A DNA stretch of 48,816 nucleotides, filler included, from Sphacelaria rigidula (taxonomy: Eukaryota), in the NCBI GenBank assembly GCA_964200075.2. It is 2 parts of 2 records of this genome, joined end to end, with 100 filler letters (N's around TTAATTAATTAA, not from the genome) between each part and the next. Parts side by side here need not be neighbours in the genome. Positions count along the whole stretch, not along the records: positions 24,466 to 48,816 come from CAXNAA020000208.1; 1 more part is not named here. One strand, written 5' to 3'. Position 1 is the first letter of the stretch, and each line of letters begins with the position of its first letter. Below are positions 44,969 to 48,816 of the stretch, one piece after another. The translations under genes and the position numbers were made by a program. The notes under the pieces were generated by a model that saw nothing but the letters and a program-made list of their open reading frames with translations, ran no database searches and was not told where the DNA came from.

Positions 44969-45500
44969 TCAGCCGTTCCACCTGGAGGGGGGCGAAAGGT
45001 ACCTTTAACTGGCACTATATCCGCCAATATTTTGCACAATTTTGACGTGAGTTTGTTCCCATAGAAATATCCCGTTCCCCGCCTTCAGGATCGCGTGTTA
45101 TATGATATATGTGACCGCTAGAAGGTGATATATCGGCCTCTGAAGTCCAAGATAGATACACCTGTCTTTATCAGGTGATACATGGTGATATCGGATGTAC
45201 CAGGTGATATATCCGACGTATCGGCTTGTATTAGGTGAAATATGTGACCCAGTACACGCAATGTGCCTGACGCCTGGTGCGCACACAACGAGGCGCACAA
45301 GAAGAGGTCTGTGTATCATATTTTTTTGTTGTCATGCGGTTTTCACTCGCGATAAGGCGGACGGACGCGCCTTCGGCCGCGGCTTCAAGCGGGCTACAGC
45401 AGCTGTCACCTTCGACAGCGGCCAGCGCCGACACCAATCCCCAGCGGCCTTTGACCACGGCCAGCACTGTCGCTGACAGTGGAACAACAACAGGCCGCCG

Positions 45501-45800
45501 CGCCCCGGTGATCTAATGGCCCAACTGACGTCATTAGGGTGGAAAGAGGGCAGGTTCAGTTCCCGCCAGATGTGTTTGAGTTTTTTCTTCCAAATATCTG
45601 ATTTCTGCCAAAAAAAGCGTACGGACGTGAGTAGACACAAACAGTTTGACTGAGTTTTTTCGACTAGAGTTGATACGATGCGGGAGCACTGATTCAATCC
45701 GCGAAACCAGAATGCTAGGCGTGTTCCGGGGAGAGATAAGTTAACCATTTGAACCCACGGACTTGTCCCGAGGAAGGGGAGGGATTGGAGGTGTGACGAC
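45501..45800 (+). mobile_element. tRNA-derived SINE-like element, copy 2
   Basis: TGATCTAATGG (45509-45519) and GGTTCAGTTCC (45553-45563); body shares TTTTTTCTTC..TATCTGATTTC and CCACGGACTTGTC..AGGAAG with copy 1. Confidence 0.62.
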
Positions 45801-46254
45801 AAAATGATGGGTATCTGATCTGGTACCTCGTACTCCGTGTACCGACGGTAAGTGCTACATACACATCCTCGAGGTGCCTACGAGTAATCGCAATGCTACT
45901 GTTGTCCGCACTTCACAAAGATGAAACATGCAATATCACCTCGCGGAGCAGGTACTCTTGCTGGAGCCATTAGCAAAACTACTAGTGTGGCACAGGTCCC
46001 AACCGCTAGTATGTATCATTAGATATCAGGTGGCATATTGCGAAATATATATATATATGATGATGTACAACATGACCACACCCGTTACAATATGTTGTGA
46101 ATAGTCACAGGAAAATTATATTGTACTGCGTAAAAATGAAGGCCTATTGCAACTACTGTCCACAATGTGATCATATACCTTGAACATCACAATAATAGCG
46201 ATGCGTTGAAAAATGGCCGTGATACGAAGTTGACTACCGGCACATCATTTTAAT

Positions 46255-47140
46255 GAGTTAGACCCACTTTTATGGCAAGCACGAACCTCAATTTCTTTAA
46301 AATTGGGGGAGGGGAAATCGGGTAACGCATTGTATGGACACGGATTTGGACCAAATCGGGAGCGAAAAAATCGGGGGGTCGTCATCTCGGAACGGTTTCC
46401 CCCGATTTTTCGAAAAAAACGGGGGAACTGGGTCCGAGATCGTGACTCCCCCCGATTTTTTTGAGGTGACGTAGGTGCATCGACGTACAATGCTAGAGTA
46501 CGAGGCGTTTGATATTTTTGCAACGGCAGCAGGAGACAGTCTCGTGACAGCACAGGACGTGCCTACTGCCCGCCCCAGCTGCTGAAGCAACTTGGCACGG
46601 GGTTTGACAAGCGGATAATAAGTGCTGACGCCGTACCCTGCGACGATAGTGATATTTTATGCCGCGCTGCGCTGCCATATGTATCACTATAACGAACGCT
46701 ACTGTACTCTTCAAGCTGTTGTCGCTGTACCTGAGGGGTGATGTACGGCTTTACACCACTGAACTCTGCTCGCGTACTGTTAGTTCTCTGTTCTCGTTTT
46801 TTCGCAATACCGGCTGTGCCACCACATGGCATTATCATGTACTGTACTGATGTAGTGTCCTGCACTGTACTTCCATAGGGTACCCATGTACGACACTGTA
46901 CTCGAAGGATTTTTTACCGCCTGCCAGCTCTTCGACTTCATGCACGAGTACGCAGTACCACGCTCACGCAGAAAATGACCGTCTGTGTACAGAACCAGTT
47001 CACAAATCTGTGATACTGTACCGTCTGTGCCATAAAACGGTCCCCCCGATTTTGAGTCAATGAATTTGAGTCCCCCCGGTTTTGAAAAAATCGGGTTCTC
47101 AAAAACATCGAGATTCGTTGCCGTAAACGTGGGTATTAGT
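46255..47140 (-). mobile_element. Second copy of the same element, with imperfect inverted termini
   Basis: Homology to 28660-29390; ends ACCCACTTTTATGGCAAGCACGAACCTC / GAGATTCGTTGCCGTAAACGTGGGT. Confidence 0.68.
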
Positions 47141-47515
47141 CTGCTTTCTGGAGGGGTATATATAGATACTAAAGCATATACACCCCTGTTTCTGAAGTGT
47201 TAACGGGCTCTATCGATGCCGCGAAAATCAGAGGACTGGCACTTTTTCACGCGTCAGACAGATCATGACCCGTCCGAAAACTACTTCCTTTCAGCGTATT
47301 GATGCGGATCATGATCCAGATCATTTCTCCCCCCTTTCCATGTTTTCTCCCTACAACGCCGGACGCCGAGCACGCGGAGTATGGCGAAGTTTGCGCTTTG
47401 GCTTTCTCTGACTCCGCGCCACATTTTTGTTGCGTTTTTGGAGCAACGAATCCGAGAGTGCCCTTTGATTAATTATTTCTGACGGATCATGATCTGTGGA
47501 CTATCGACGTGTGCA

Positions 47516-47753
47516 CTTTTTCTTCTGAATCGGCACACTTCGTTCCGAAACGACACTTATTGAACCGATACTTGGCTCTTGAGATGGCGACCTGGTGGCG
47601 CGGATCCACCCCAGCATGGAAATACATGTTCATGATCGGCTTCGGCGGCTTTGCCAAAAACCCATCAGGTGACCATCTTCGGATCGGGCGGCAGAACCGA
47701 AAGTCTCGAATGCAACCATCTTTGAACTTGGGCAAAAGTCTCACATGAACATC
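47516..47753 (-). CDS. Possible exon of an unidentified gene extending to the right
   Basis: Pyrimidine tract plus ttcaag| acceptor, open frame DVHVRLLPKFKDGCIRDFRFCRPIRRWSPDG...DSEEK, possible |gtgcac donor; no recognisable domain. Confidence 0.3.
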
Positions 47754-48816
47754 CTTGAAACAGACGGCAAAAATGAGCACTTTACATGACCATCATTGAA
47801 CCAGACAGAAAAACTGAATCTAAAAATCTGAAATGATCATCGTCACCGGTGAGGGACACGGACACGTGACGGACACGTGAAAATGGCACGCGTACAATAA
47901 CGTTGGTCATATGAAAGTCTTATCTTCCTCATATTGCTGAAAAGGCTCCGCACAATAAGTACCACACATGAGGCCTCCATCTACTTCAACCCGTTCAACA
48001 CAAGTCAGTGACGAATTACTGTGTACAACAACAGTCAGTACCGTCGTAGCATGCACAGCGATACACAGTATGCAAAGCAACATACTAGGGAGAATAGACT
48101 AGCGCTCGTGAAGTTGAATGCGCAATCGCGCATTTACACCGCCTGAAAGCACGAAAGTTATGTGTCGGCTGACCTTTCTACTGCACTAGCCCGCATTGCT
48201 CCGTGGTGGTGCACGGTAGTAGTTGAAGTGGAGTGCCGCCGCCGCGGCAGTGGTCTCATGGAGAGGGAAGGGCAGCTCTCCACGCGGTGGAGCCTTGTAC
48301 CAAGAGTCCTGAACCCACATAGGACGCCGGGTGCAACGAATGAAACTAAGCATGGTGCGGATACTACATTCATCGTACTGCACATGGTGCCAACACCGCG
48401 TTTAAATGGCGTATGGGACAGTCACTCATCATTTTGGAGGACATATGCCACCAGGATCGCGTACGCCATATCTGCACAGATGAAGTTGTTCAGACCCGTA
48501 GCCATGCCCCATAATGATCATGATCATGATGGTGATGTGTGTATGTGTGTGCAGTCGCGACACGATACTTTACGTGGCGCATACTGATCGCACGTAGTAG
48601 TAGGTCAGAACTGGCCGATTGCCATGCCGATCCAAGGGGACGCATCGTCATAAGGGGAAGTAGACCAACCCCACGCCCCAACTTCCTCGCCACCCTCCCC
48701 CCCCCGTCCGGAATTGCTCACGAAAATATTATCATGCACTTTTGCATCAAAATGGCATTGCACCCCAACCCACCATGCCCAACAGTGGAGAGCGACTATG
48801 TCGTGTGTACACAAAA

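Overview
Eukaryotic, intron-rich, transposon-rich genomic window, most likely from a brown alga (Phaeophyceae); this is inferred from the short exons in long introns and the retroelement types. Two spliced genes could be rebuilt by hand. (1) On +, the last eight coding exons (914-14509) of an M1-family, puromycin-sensitive-like aminopeptidase covering its ERAP1-like C-terminal region; its final intron is GC-AG and holds a decayed LINE. (2) On -, a 12-exon model (38680-27718, ~725 aa) in which a degenerate NAD(P)-binding/atypical SDR-like N-terminal region is followed in frame by methionine-R-sulfoxide reductase (MsrB) and methionine-S-sulfoxide reductase (MsrA) domains. The MsrB-MsrA junction is well supported and the SDR link moderately so. 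The MsrA part lacks several canonical motifs and carries a long insertion. The rest is mostly transposon-derived: a 5'-truncated chromodomain-bearing Ty3/Gypsy element with one LTR, three LINE fragments, two SINE-like families, several MITE/foldback elements, a mariner transposase remnant next to a ~215-bp tandem array, and microsatellites. An artificial 100-bp scaffold linker at 24366-24465 means the left and right halves are not proven to be adjacent. All gene models are manual and unverified by transcript data.
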